A stretch of DNA of 64,000 bases, from NCBI GenBank assembly GCA_039028615.1, contig JBCCHT010000019.1:1-64000 (forward strand). The letters run 5' to 3'. This stretch comes from Myxococcota bacterium (GTDB lineage Bacteria > Myxococcota_A > Polyangia > Nannocystales > Nannocystaceae). Positions 12,796-22,881 of the stretch are shown here, piece by piece; the first letter of the stretch is position 1; every line of letters begins with the position of its first letter. The position numbers and the translations under genes are program-made. Under the pieces are notes generated by a model. That model ran no database searches. It was not told the DNA's origin and saw only the letters and a program-made list of their open reading frames with translations.

Positions 12796-14297
12796 GGCGA
12801 CGCCTCCGAGCTCGCGACCTCGTGATACCGGCCGAGCCACACGTCGGCTTCGGAGTAGACCAGGCGCTGCGCACCGCCGGCCCACAGCGCGCCGTCGGGG
12901 CCTCGGGCAATCGCGCGACCGGTGCCCGTGGAGATGGGATCGAGGGCCAGCGCATGTCGGCGGCGCCCCTGCCCGTCGAAGCTCGCCAGCCACGGCCGCC
13001 CCGGGCACCACTGGCGCGAGCAGGTCGCCCGCGGCAACGGGTCGGTGCCCACCATCGTGGCGCCGCCTCCCGGATCGAGGACCACGCCGAAGGCTTCGCG
13101 CCGCACGGCTCCCGCGGCGGGCTCGACCTCGGTCCAGCGCACGCGGCCGGCCGTATCCAGCCGCGCCAGGAAGGGCTGCGCATGCCATGCGCTGGGGTCG
13201 GCCGGGTCCGGCGCGGCCAAGACCTCGGTGCCCGCGACCCACGGGGCTCCATCCGCGTCGACGACCAGGGCCGATGCCCACGCCCCGACCTCACCGCGCA
13301 CTCGCGTGTAGCCCAGGGGTTCGCCGGCGGTATCGAGCTTGGTCAGCCACCACGCGGTCAGGCCGTCTTCGCCTCCGGCCGCGAACACCCCACCGTCGGG
13401 GCTCACGGCGACCGCCCGCGCATCGTCGATGCCGCCCGCCGGGCCGTCGTGCCAGTACGTCCAGCGTCGCTCGCCTTGGCCGTCGAAGGCCACGACCAAG
13501 CCGTCGCGGTCCTGTGCGTGGCGGAGCGTCTCGCCCGCCACGACCACGCCGTCGTCGTAGAGCGCCAGCGCGACGCCGCGATCTCGGTTGCCGCTGAAGT
13601 CCTCGATGAAGGTGAAGCGTGGGGTGCCACCCGGCTCGCACCGCGTGAGCCACAGGTCGTCGTGGCGCTCCCCGTGCACATAGCCGGTCACCCACGGATC
13701 GCCCTGCGCATCGACGACCACCGCACGGGCCGTGGCCGAGTCCCACGTGTCGTCGTCTTCGGGCAGGTAGCGGCTCCACTGCAGCTCACCGTCGGAGGCA
13801 TAGCGAGCCAGCCACGCGCGGGTGGCCGCGCCCTCCCCCGCTTGGGCCTCGCCCACCGCAATCACCCCGCCGTCCGCCGTGGGAGCCAAGCCGAAGACCG
13901 TCTCCGCTCGCTCGCCCTGCCGCGGCGAGCGGACCCACGTCGAGCCGATCGGTCGTCGACAGTCGTTGCGGCAGCCGTCGCTCTCGTCGTCGTTGCCGTC
14001 GTCGCACTCCTCGCCTTCGTCCGTGACCCCATCGCCACAGCGCGGCCGCTGGCAGTCGAGACGACACGGTCCGTCGGGTGCGTTGGCAAAGCCCAAGTCG
14101 CACGCCTCCGGCGACTCCACGATGCCGTTGCCGCACCCGGGAGCCGCCCGCGGGGTTGCGGCGCCCGGTTCGCCCACCGGATCACAGCCGCCGCAGACGG
14201 CCGTCACCCACGTGAGACACCCCAGTGACATTGCGTACCCCCAACCGCGCCGCCGGCCACGGGGCTCGTAATTCGGCGGATTGAGGCGGGAACGCAT
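12792..14297 (-). CDS. Myxobacterial Cys-rich repeat (DUF4215-like) protein with beta-propeller-like repeats, probable lipoprotein (start uncertain)
   Basis: CGNGIVESPEACDLG and CGDGVTDEGEECDDGN...CRNDC, then repeated AVAVDxxG.../WLxRxDxxG propeller blades. Confidence 0.78.
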   Translation of the reverse strand: MRSRLNPPNYEPRGRRRGWGYAMSLGCLTWVTAVCGGCDPVGEPGAATPRAAPGCGNGIVESPEACDLGFANAPDGPCRLDCQRPRCGDGVTDEGEECDDGNDDESDGCRNDCRRPIGSTWVRSPRQGERAETVFGLAPTADGGVIAVGEAQAGEGAATRAWLARYASDGELQWSRYLPEDDDTWDSATARAVVVDAQGDPWVTGYVHGERHDDLWLTRCEPGGTPRFTFIEDFSGNRDRGVALALYDDGVVVAGETLRHAQDRDGLVVAFDGQGERRWTYWHDGPAGGIDDARAVAVSPDGGVFAAGGEDGLTAWWLTKLDTAGEPLGYTRVRGEVGAWASALVVDADGAPWVAGTEVLAAPDPADPSAWHAQPFLARLDTAGRVRWTEVEPAAGAVRREAFGVVLDPGGGATMVGTDPLPRATCSRQWCPGRPWLASFDGQGRRRHALALDPISTGTGRAIARGPDGALWAGGAQRLVYSEADVWLGRYHEVASSEASP

Positions 14298-14387
14298 GGT
14301 TAGGGGGAAATCGGCGTAGGCGGCGTAGGCGAGGCTGCGACCGTGCGCCCCTTTGAAATAGACGGCGCCCTCTGACACATTGCAAGC

Positions 14388-16049
14388 GTGTTGAAGCTAA
14401 CAAGGCTCCTACTCCCGGTCACGGTCTTTGTGCTCGCCTGCGGTACCGAAGACAACGGCAGCACCGCTGGAGTGGGCGGGAGCGGAGATGGAGGGGTGGA
14501 GACCGACGACGTGGGGGCGACCTCGGAGGGCGCGTCGAGCAACGGTCAAGAGAGTGCCGACGAGACGGCCGGGCCCGAGCCCGCCGACATCCCGGCCCGC
14601 GCGATTCAGATCAGCCTGGTCGAGGCCAACACCGGAGTCGCGGTCGCCATCGGGGCCAACGGTGAGTGGGTCGGCGCGGAAGGGCGCAACTCCCCGCTGC
14701 CCAAGGGTCGCAACACCGCCATCCGCGTCTACGTCGACGTCGACGAAGACATCTGGGTGCAGCGCGACATCGAGGCCCGGCTGCACGTGCACCTGGCCGA
14801 CGGCACCGTCGAGACCCAGAGCCTGGTGGAGACGATCAGCGGCGACAGCTCCACGGCCTCGCTGCAATCCGGCTACCTCTTTGGCGCCCTCGCCGAGTGG
14901 ATGGAGCCCGGCGTCCAATACCAAGTGGAGCTGTTCGAGGCGGGCGAGGGCTACGAAGGCTTGCCCGAGGCAACGGAGCCCCCTCGCACGCCGCCCACCC
15001 CCGACCTCATCGGCGCCGAGCAGACCGAGCTCGAGCTCAAGGTCGTGATGATCCCGGTCAACTACTCGGGCCCCGGCTGCACCAGCAACGTCGAGGCCAC
15101 CGACGAGACGCTGGGTCGCTACGCCGACGCGATGTACCAGCAGAACCCGGTCGAGAACCTGGAGATCGAGTGGGCGCCGGCCTATACCGTCAACGACCTC
15201 GACCTGAGCGATCCGGGCGACTTCTTCAGCCTGCTCAACCGCGCCGTCAGCTATCGCGCGCAGGCCAACCCCGCGCCCAACGTCTACTACTACATGCTCT
15301 TCGAGAACTGCGGCGCCTGCATCGGCGACGGAGGTGGCTGCACCCTCGGTGTCGCCCCGGGCACGCCCGATGCCTCGATGGGCGCCGCCCAGGCCCGGGT
15401 AGCCATCGGCACCCAGTTCCTCGGTGGTTCCGAGGTCGGCATCGAGACCTTCGTGCACGAGATCGGCCACAGCCAGGGTCGCGCCCACGTGGCCTGCCCC
15501 GGCGCCAGCGCGGCGGGTCCCGACCCCTCATTCCCGCACGAGAACGGCAGCATCGGCGTGTGGGGCTTCGGCGTGCGTGACTTCGGCGTCCGCAACCCGA
15601 GCAACCACACCGACTACATGAGCTACTGCAACCCCACGTGGGTCTCCGACTGGCAGTGGAACGCGACCTACGATCGCATCCGCACCCTCACCAGCTGGGA
15701 CACGGGCGATATGGAGATGCCGCCGGGGCAGTCGGTGCTCGTGGGCATGACCAACCCGGTCACCAACGAGACCGACTGGTTCGTCGACGAGGGCTACATC
15801 GCCGACGGCACCGAGCTGGCCACCGGACACGAGCTCCGCTTCAAGGCCGGCAACCGCGTGCTCGAGACGGCCGGTGTGCACGTCGACGAGTGGAGCGAGG
15901 GCGGCGGTCTCACCATCCGCGCCCCCGTGCCCGCGGGTTGGGACGGCGAGGTCACCTCGATCGAGTACGTGGCCCCGAACCGTCGCGTGGAGGCGTCGCG
16001 CCAGGCCATCGCCGACTACCGTCGGCCCGAGGCGCTGACCCAGCCGTAG
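14388..16049 (+). CDS. Zinc metalloprotease lipoprotein (M66-like), paralog of 9768-11504
   Basis: Lipobox VLAC, ETFVHEIGHSQGRAH, DYMSYCNPTWVSDW. Confidence 0.82.
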   Translation: MLKLTRLLLPVTVFVLACGTEDNGSTAGVGGSGDGGVETDDVGATSEGASSNGQESADETAGPEPADIPARAIQISLVEANTGVAVAIGANGEWVGAEGRNSPLPKGRNTAIRVYVDVDEDIWVQRDIEARLHVHLADGTVETQSLVETISGDSSTASLQSGYLFGALAEWMEPGVQYQVELFEAGEGYEGLPEATEPPRTPPTPDLIGAEQTELELKVVMIPVNYSGPGCTSNVEATDETLGRYADAMYQQNPVENLEIEWAPAYTVNDLDLSDPGDFFSLLNRAVSYRAQANPAPNVYYYMLFENCGACIGDGGGCTLGVAPGTPDASMGAAQARVAIGTQFLGGSEVGIETFVHEIGHSQGRAHVACPGASAAGPDPSFPHENGSIGVWGFGVRDFGVRNPSNHTDYMSYCNPTWVSDWQWNATYDRIRTLTSWDTGDMEMPPGQSVLVGMTNPVTNETDWFVDEGYIADGTELATGHELRFKAGNRVLETAGVHVDEWSEGGGLTIRAPVPAGWDGEVTSIEYVAPNRRVEASRQAIADYRRPEALTQP

Positions 16050-16173
16050 GCGCCATCACCGCAAACGGGCTGTCCGACGGCCCGCTCCCGATGCCCGTCG
16101 CCGGCCTGGCCGCGACGGGTATCTTCACGTCCATGCTCGAATTCGGGCTCTGGAGGGGTCTTGGCCGCGGTTC

Positions 16174-16212
16174 TTGACATCACCAATCTGAGGGGTACAA
16201 CTGTGGGGTACA
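16174..16212 (+). promoter_or_regulatory. Sigma70-like promoter with overlapping direct-repeat operator upstream of GntR
   Basis: TTGACA at 16174-16179, TACAAC 16 nt later, direct repeat TGWGGGGTACA at 16189-16199 and 16202-16212. Confidence 0.6.
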
Positions 16213-16216
16213 GGTA

Positions 16217-16957
16217 ATGGCCAGCCACTCCACCGTCGTCGACACCGTCACGCACGCGCTGTCGCTCCAGATCCTCGATGGCACCCTGGTGGCGGGCGCC
16301 CGGCTACCCAGCGTGCGAGCGCTGGCCGACAGCCACGGGGTCAACGTCTCGACGATCCAGCGGGTGCTGACTCGGCTGCAGGAGCGCCGCCTGGTCCGAG
16401 CGCACGACCGCAGCGGCATCGAGGTCTGCGATGTCCGTCGCAGCGGCGGTGCGTCGCTGTGGCCCTTGGTGCTCGAGCGCTGCGCCGTCGACCCTGGCCC
16501 GGCGCTCGCCCTGCTCAACGATGCGCTCGCGACCCGCCGCCTGCTCGCGGTGCAGGTGCTCGAGGGCATTCGCGAGCATGACTACGCCGAGTACGGCCCC
16601 GGGCTCCACGCTCGCATCGCCGACCTCGAAGCCATCGTCGCCGGGCCCGAGTCCACATGCGAGCAGCTGGCCGAGGCCGACGGCGAAGTGTTGCGCACGC
16701 TGCTGCTCGCGGCGCAGCGGCCCGCCCTGCTCGCCATCTTCAACGACGTCCAAACCATGATCGTGCAGACCCCCGCCCTGGTGGAGGCGTTCTTTCGCGA
16801 TCCCCAAACGACCCTGGGGGCCTGGCAATCCCTCGATCGCATGCTCGCGGCCGACCTGGTCGACGACGCGGCGATCGGAGGCATCCAGACCCTGCTCAAG
16901 ACCGTGGACGAAGGCATCATCGCCGCCTTCGAACGCAGCACCGGAGCCCAGACATGA
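16217..16957 (+). CDS. GntR-family transcriptional regulator
   Basis: wHTH GARLPSVRALADSHGVNVSTIQRVLTRL, helical C domain. Confidence 0.9.
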   Translation: MASHSTVVDTVTHALSLQILDGTLVAGARLPSVRALADSHGVNVSTIQRVLTRLQERRLVRAHDRSGIEVCDVRRSGGASLWPLVLERCAVDPGPALALLNDALATRRLLAVQVLEGIREHDYAEYGPGLHARIADLEAIVAGPESTCEQLAEADGEVLRTLLLAAQRPALLAIFNDVQTMIVQTPALVEAFFRDPQTTLGAWQSLDRMLAADLVDDAAIGGIQTLLKTVDEGIIAAFERSTGAQT

Positions 16958-18681
16958 GCGACAACACCCCCGATCCCCTCCTGGTCATGCACCTGCGCGG
17001 CACCCAGGCGCAGATGGGCGCCCAGCTGGGCCAGCTGCTCCGCGACCGAGGCGGCTACGAGCACGCCCTCGAGTTCTACCCGAAGATGGCGTCGGCCATG
17101 CTGAGCCTGGCCATCCCCAACGCCATTCGCCCCGCCGCCCGCGAGGCCCTGCGCGCCGCCCTGAGCCTCGGCGCCCGCCGCCTGCATCGCGCCCGCTCGC
17201 GGCTCTACCCCGAGTACGCCGCGCGCAGCGAGGCCATGCTGAAGGCGGGCGGCATCTCGCCGAAGATCGGCCGCTCGATGGTGGTCATGGACATCCTGCA
17301 GAACACGGTGGGCACCCTGGGCAAGGCCGGCCTGCTGCACACCACCGGGCTGCAGGTCGCGGCCGTACCCGCCTGCACCACCCTGTCGGTGTGGGACGAC
17401 GCCTCGAGCGACGGCCAGCTGCGACACGCTCGCAACTTCGATTTCCCTGGCGCCGGGGTCTGGGACATGGCCCCCACCGTGGTCTTTTGCACCCCCGACG
17501 ACGGCCTGCGCTACGCGTACGTCACCACCCGCGGGGCCGACGTCCCCGGCGTCACCGCGTTCAACGAAGCCGGCCTCAGCCTCACCGCTCACACCCGCTT
17601 CCACCGCGACGTCGACTTCTCCAGCGCGAGCATCATCGACTACGGGCACGACATCATTCGTCGCTGCCGGACCCTCGACGACGTCCGCCGCGTGGCCCGG
17701 GAGCACCGCACCGCCTCTACCTGGGGCCTGTTGGTCAGCTCGGCCGAAGAGCGCAGCGCGTTGGTGGTCGAGACCACGAGCAAGGGCGTCGCGTTCTCCG
17801 AGCCCAAGCCCGGGGCCAACCACCTGACCTGCACCAACCGCTATCTCGACCCGGGGCTGAGCCACGGCGAGATCAACACCAGCCCCTCGTTCCCCATCTA
17901 CTCCGATGCGCGCTACACCCGGGCCGACCAGGCCCCGCAGCGCCACCGCGATGGCCTGTCCCGTGCCGACCTCGAGGCCCTGCTCGACGACACGGGCGAT
18001 CCCGGAGCCCCCGACGCCGAGGCCGACGACCGCCTCACGGGCAACTGCATCTGCACCCCCATGACCGTGCAGAGCGTGGTGTTCGAGCCCGAGTCGGCCA
18101 ACCTGCGGATGTCGGTCGGTGCCGCGCCGACCGGCGGCGGCCCGTGGATCGACGTCCCGCACGACTGGGATGCGCCGGTCGGGGCGAACACGCTCCCCAC
18201 CCGCCCCGCCGCCAACAAAGAGCCCGCCCCCTCGGCTCGGCGAGCGGCGCAGCTGTTGTTCGTGGAGGCGACCAAGGCCAACCTCGACGGGGCCTCGCCC
18301 AAGCGCGTGCTCGAGCTGATGGAGCGCGCGGTCGCGGCCGCCCCTTCGGAGCCCAACCTGCGCTTCCTCGCCGCGATGTTCGCTCTGTGCACCAACGACT
18401 TCGCGACCGCGTGCACCCACCTCGAGCATGCCCTCGAGCGCGAGCAGGGCAGCTACCGCCGCTCGCTGCTGCTGCTGTGGCAGGGCCGGGTGCTCGCCGC
18501 GACCGGGCGCCGCGACCAGGCCCAGGCCTGCTTCGACGCGCTGGCCGGGATGCCGGGTGAAAATACCGCTCACCTGCGCGCGGCCGGAGCCAAGGAGTCC
18601 AAGCGCCCGCTGTCTCGCCTACGCCTGCGCACCGTCGTGCCCGACATGTTCCTCGCCGACGGGGCGCTCCCCGGGCAGTAG
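16954..18681 (+). CDS. Peptidase C45 / AAT-like Ntn-hydrolase with C-terminal TPR
   Basis: HLRGTQAQMGAQLG, ACTT (putative nucleophile Cys), HARNFDF, TAFNEAGL, TCTNRY, ATGA overlap with GntR. Confidence 0.85.
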   Translation: MSDNTPDPLLVMHLRGTQAQMGAQLGQLLRDRGGYEHALEFYPKMASAMLSLAIPNAIRPAAREALRAALSLGARRLHRARSRLYPEYAARSEAMLKAGGISPKIGRSMVVMDILQNTVGTLGKAGLLHTTGLQVAAVPACTTLSVWDDASSDGQLRHARNFDFPGAGVWDMAPTVVFCTPDDGLRYAYVTTRGADVPGVTAFNEAGLSLTAHTRFHRDVDFSSASIIDYGHDIIRRCRTLDDVRRVAREHRTASTWGLLVSSAEERSALVVETTSKGVAFSEPKPGANHLTCTNRYLDPGLSHGEINTSPSFPIYSDARYTRADQAPQRHRDGLSRADLEALLDDTGDPGAPDAEADDRLTGNCICTPMTVQSVVFEPESANLRMSVGAAPTGGGPWIDVPHDWDAPVGANTLPTRPAANKEPAPSARRAAQLLFVEATKANLDGASPKRVLELMERAVAAAPSEPNLRFLAAMFALCTNDFATACTHLEHALEREQGSYRRSLLLLWQGRVLAATGRRDQAQACFDALAGMPGENTAHLRAAGAKESKRPLSRLRLRTVVPDMFLADGALPGQ

Positions 18682-18685
18682 GCGC

Positions 18686-19930
18686 TCAAGACGGCGCCAG
18701 GCCGCAGTCGACCCCGGGCTCGCAGCCTTCGCAGTACCAGCGCCAGTTGTCGAGCAGCAGCGTGCTGTCGCGCGTCATGTCGACCAGGTCGAACAGCGCG
18801 ACGGCCATCGTCACCGTCTCGCCCGGCACCGCCGCGCCGGTCATCGTCAGCCACCCCGTGCCCGCCCCACGCGGACACAGGGGATAGCTGCCGCCGGGGT
18901 GCTTGCACGGCACCATGGTCGCCGCCTCGTAGCCCGTGCCCTGGAGCGCGACCATATCCACCCCGCCCAGCAGCCCCTGTGCATCGAGCCACTCGGCCAT
19001 GCTGCTGGCCGACAGCGCGTTGCCGTCCACCGTGGCCACGTTGCCGGTAAACGCCTCGCTCGATTGCCACCAAATGGCGATGTCCGTGCCCTGCATGTCG
19101 GCCCGAGCGGGATACTCGGCGGTGAACCACGCCATGTCGACCTGATAGCCATGGGTACCCGCCGGCACTTCGATGTCGAAGGACAGCCAGATCAAGTCGC
19201 GGGCGGGGCCGCCGTTGCCGTAGAGCACGGGCAGGCTCTCCGAGCAGTCCCCCAGGCCATCGCAATCGACATAGGGCACCCCACCAAAGCCTCCCGCGCT
19301 GCCCGACTCGGCCGAGATGGGAGGGGGCAGCGGCACGGCATCCGGGTTGCCGTTGTTCTGCCCCGGGCTGTCGGTCTCGCCGATCGGCACCTCGAGCATC
19401 CCGTCCATGTCGGCCGCCAGGAACTGCCCGGTGGTGAGCGCGAGCAGGTGCTCCCCTTCGATGGCCGAGAAGGTGTCGTTGCCGTAGGCGGTGAGCACCC
19501 GAAACGCGTTGGCCTCGGGCGAGGCATAGACCGGATCGAGGATCGGAATGACCTGCTGCGGGTCCCCCTCGCAGCCCAAGCCGATCGCGTGGCTCATGAC
19601 GTCGGGGTCGGCCATGAGCGTGGTCTCGGCGTCGCAGGGGACGAGCTCGGTCGGCGCCTCGCAGACCTCGACGGGAAGGTCCGCGCCCGTCGAAGAGCTG
19701 GTGCCGTCGTCGGACTCGCTCGTGCCCGAGGTGCCGCTGCCCTCCGCCGTCCCCGGCTCGACCCCCACGGTGGACGTGCCCGCATCGAGGCTGGGGTCGG
19801 TTTCGGTCGTGCTGGAGCCGCCGGGGCCGGTCGAGCCTCCTCCCGAAATCACGCCGATGAGGATGTCCTGCCCGCAGCCCACCACGAGCAACATCGCGCT
19901 CGGGAGCAAGCGGGCCCAACCACAATCCAT
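18686..19930 (-). CDS. Cys-rich lipoprotein, choice-of-anchor-L-like extracellular domain
   Basis: Lipobox VVGC, Ser/Thr linker, ALTTG...AEYP...GTGWL...LFDLVDMTRDSTLLLDNW pattern. Confidence 0.6.
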   Translation of the reverse strand: MDCGWARLLPSAMLLVVGCGQDILIGVISGGGSTGPGGSSTTETDPSLDAGTSTVGVEPGTAEGSGTSGTSESDDGTSSSTGADLPVEVCEAPTELVPCDAETTLMADPDVMSHAIGLGCEGDPQQVIPILDPVYASPEANAFRVLTAYGNDTFSAIEGEHLLALTTGQFLAADMDGMLEVPIGETDSPGQNNGNPDAVPLPPPISAESGSAGGFGGVPYVDCDGLGDCSESLPVLYGNGGPARDLIWLSFDIEVPAGTHGYQVDMAWFTAEYPARADMQGTDIAIWWQSSEAFTGNVATVDGNALSASSMAEWLDAQGLLGGVDMVALQGTGYEAATMVPCKHPGGSYPLCPRGAGTGWLTMTGAAVPGETVTMAVALFDLVDMTRDSTLLLDNWRWYCEGCEPGVDCGLAPS

Positions 19931-20127
19931 CGCCTCCAGCCTAACACCCGAGCGCGCCCGACCGCTCCCGATCGATGGTTCAGCCTGACTCCCGAAGCGC
20001 TGCGCGAAGACCCGCTCGCACACCCCGCGTTTGACAGCCACCCCACCCCGCGCCAACGTCGTCAGTCCGTCGCGACGGGCACCGTGCGACACTCACCGGA
20101 ACCGTTCATGCAGGGAGCCGCACCACG

Positions 20128-21708
20128 ATGAAACGACGCCGTCTCAGCCTTCGCGCCCTCGGTTGCGCCATGCTCGTGGCCGGGCTCGCTCCGCTGGGGT
20201 GCTCGACCCAGCGCGCCGAAGTCGAGACCGGCGCCGACAAAGGCTCTGCGCCCTCGGCCAAGGCCGCCCCTTCGCCCGACGCCAAGGCTCCGAACAAAGC
20301 ACCCGAGCCCGAGGCGGCCATCGCCAAGTCGGTGAAGCTCGATGCCTCCACCACCTTCCAGACCTGGGAGGGCGCGGGGGCGAGCCTCTTGGCCTGGGAC
20401 GCCAAGGCCCGCGAGCAGTACCTCGGCGAGCGCTGGCAGCAGCTGTTCCTCGAGGACATGGGCATGACGGTGCTGCGCATCGACCTGTTGCCGACGCCCC
20501 TGAACCCGCGAGGCATCCACGGCGACCCGGTGGTGACCTTCGGCCCCGACCTCGAAGCCAACGTCGCCGAGTTCGACTACGACCGCGCGCCTCGGGCCGC
20601 CATCTACGGCGAGCTCGCCGGCCAGCTCGCGGCCCGCAGCGACGCGGACATCCGCATCCTCGCCTCGGTCTGGACCCCGCCCCACTGGCTCAAAGACGGC
20701 GCCAAGCTGGCTCACAACGGCAACGACTCGGGCGGCGGCCGGCTCCGCATGGACGACGCCAACCTCGAGCAATACAGCCGCTACATGGCCGCGGCCATCA
20801 CCGCGTGGGAGCGTCGCTTCGAGCAGCCGATCTACGCGCTCAGCATCCAGAACGAGCCCCGCTTCCAGCAGCAGTACAGCAGCATGCAGCTGCGCCCGCC
20901 CGAGTACGCCAAGGCCCTCGCCATGGTGGCCACGGAGTTCGAGCGCAACGGCATCGACACGCGCTTCTTCGGCCCCGAGGACGTGGGCTACGGCCCCGAG
21001 GGCGACCACTCCCGCATCGACGCCCAGCTGCGCTTCGTCCAGGCGATCATGGGCGATGCCACCGCGGGCCCGGCCCTGCACGCCATCGCCGTGCATGGCT
21101 ACGGGGGCGACGGCATCGACTCGCGGGGCCACGTCGCGCCCGGTAACTGGAAGTACTACTGGTCGTCGATCGAGGGCTACGGCAAGCCCTCGTGGCAGAC
21201 CGAGACCGGCGGCGGCCCGCCCCACAACAAGGGCCCGGTGTTCTTCGCCAACGTGCTGTTCGAGGGCATGACCTACGGGCAGATCTCGATGTGGTGCAAC
21301 TGGCTGTTCAGCTCCAATGGAGCGCTCGACCAGCACGCCCTGGTCGGCTCCGATCTGAACACCAACAACCTCAAGTACTCCGTCGCCAAGCACTACTTCC
21401 GCTTCATTCGCCCCGGCGACCAGCGGGTGAAGGTCGAGCCGGCCGACGAAGACCAGGTCCGCATCGTGGCCTGGCGCGATCCCAAGGGCGGCCACATCAG
21501 CGTGGTGCTGCTCAACATGCGCAACGGCCCGGCCGACCTCACCCTCGACCTCGGTGAGCTGGGCAAGGGGCGGACCCTGCACCAGCATCAGACCAAGGCG
21601 GGCGCGCTCTTCGAGCACCTGGCCCCGCTGCCCGTCGAGGGCACGCAGGTGAAGATTCAGCTGCCCGCGCTGAGCCTCACCACGCTCAGCGATCTGGTCA
21701 TTCCGTGA
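20128..21708 (+). CDS. Glycoside hydrolase family 30 lipoprotein
   Basis: Lipobox PLGC, FQTWEGAGAS, ASVWTPPHWLK, acid/base SIQNEP, nucleophile WQTE, C-terminal beta-sandwich LPALSLTT. Confidence 0.85.
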   Translation: MKRRRLSLRALGCAMLVAGLAPLGCSTQRAEVETGADKGSAPSAKAAPSPDAKAPNKAPEPEAAIAKSVKLDASTTFQTWEGAGASLLAWDAKAREQYLGERWQQLFLEDMGMTVLRIDLLPTPLNPRGIHGDPVVTFGPDLEANVAEFDYDRAPRAAIYGELAGQLAARSDADIRILASVWTPPHWLKDGAKLAHNGNDSGGGRLRMDDANLEQYSRYMAAAITAWERRFEQPIYALSIQNEPRFQQQYSSMQLRPPEYAKALAMVATEFERNGIDTRFFGPEDVGYGPEGDHSRIDAQLRFVQAIMGDATAGPALHAIAVHGYGGDGIDSRGHVAPGNWKYYWSSIEGYGKPSWQTETGGGPPHNKGPVFFANVLFEGMTYGQISMWCNWLFSSNGALDQHALVGSDLNTNNLKYSVAKHYFRFIRPGDQRVKVEPADEDQVRIVAWRDPKGGHISVVLLNMRNGPADLTLDLGELGKGRTLHQHQTKAGALFEHLAPLPVEGTQVKIQLPALSLTTLSDLVIP

Positions 21709-22798
21709 TCTCGAAGCCGGTTCGCCCCACGAGCTGGCCATCTTGCGTGACCACGTCGACCGTCCAGGAGCCGACCGGCTCCTCGGGCAGGCCATCGGCG
21801 GGCAAGCGTGAGCGCAGGCGAATCGTCCCGGTGGGCCCGTGCGCCTTGGGGTCGACCTCGGTCGCCCGACGCACCACGTCCCCCTCGTGCGACCACACGT
21901 GCACGAGCCGGTCGCCCTTGCCCCCAGGCACGACCACGTCGGTCACCGCATAGAGCTCTTCGATGAGCGACTGGTGCAGCTTCTTGGCTTCGATGGCCAG
22001 GCGGCCGTCCTCGAGCACGCCGGGCCCGACCGCCCCGTAGGACACGTACATCGCCACCGGGGGCACGCCCACGCGGCCGAAGTACACCCCGATGACCGCG
22101 CCCATGGTCCACACCACCAGCAAGACCACCACCACCGGCCGCGCCAGCCAGCGCATGGGGACGTGCATCATCCAAAACGCCAAGGCGGAGATGGCCGCGG
22201 CCGCCGTCATGGTGACCAGGCTGCGGCTATTGGGCAGCAGCGCGGGGATGACCAGGTTGATGCACGCGAACAGGGTCACGAAGTAGAAGACCGACGCCGC
22301 CACCTTCCAGCGCATCAACACCTGGTCGAAGACCACGTCGAGCGTAGAGAGAAAGGCGCACAGTCCCAGCGCCACCACGAACCACTGGTTGGGCGTGTCG
22401 AGCGTCGCCGACCGCCAATAAAAGGGCAGCAGGAAGAACAACATGCCCTGGTAGAGGTTCTTGAGCACGTAGGTCATCACGTAAAAGCGCAGCTTGGCGC
22501 CGCGCCCTTCGATGGCGCGGCCGCTGCCGCTGCCAAAGAAGCGAAACAGCAGGATCATGACGATCCACGCCGTCGCCAGCGTGATGGTCAGCCACCGCGC
22601 GTGAGCGAAGCCCTTTTGCGCGAACAGGATGACGAAGATGCCCAGGCCCAGGGCGTAGAACGAGTGCAGCCACCACAGCATTCGTCCGTAGCGGGACAAG
22701 AACGCACGGATGCCTTTACGGGGGGGCGGGCTGCCGGCAGCGGGCCCCGCGGTGGGGGACGGCTCCATGCGGCCGGCTGGGGGAGAGCCGGGCTGCAT
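21698..22798 (-). CDS. Multi-TM membrane protein with C-terminal DUF2914-like domain
   Basis: About 7 TM helices with LFFLLPFY, C-terminal VHVW...GSWTVDVVTQDGQLVGR. Confidence 0.72.
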   Translation of the reverse strand: MQPGSPPAGRMEPSPTAGPAAGSPPPRKGIRAFLSRYGRMLWWLHSFYALGLGIFVILFAQKGFAHARWLTITLATAWIVMILLFRFFGSGSGRAIEGRGAKLRFYVMTYVLKNLYQGMLFFLLPFYWRSATLDTPNQWFVVALGLCAFLSTLDVVFDQVLMRWKVAASVFYFVTLFACINLVIPALLPNSRSLVTMTAAAAISALAFWMMHVPMRWLARPVVVVLLVVWTMGAVIGVYFGRVGVPPVAMYVSYGAVGPGVLEDGRLAIEAKKLHQSLIEELYAVTDVVVPGGKGDRLVHVWSHEGDVVRRATEVDPKAHGPTGTIRLRSRLPADGLPEEPVGSWTVDVVTQDGQLVGRTGFEITE

Positions 22799-22881
22799 TG
22801 CGGGTCAGTCTAGCAGACCGCGCCCCGTCCGGGTTCCAGGCCGCCAATCGCCCCTGGAGGCGTCGCGAACGCGGCGTGGGA

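Noticed and set aside
16657..16953. N-terminal extensions in the ORF track (e.g. 16657, 27973, 31023, 37970, 58728, and 54200 on minus)
   Set aside because: They overlap neighbouring genes or promoters. Downstream starts with stop/start overlap, SD or signal peptide fit better.
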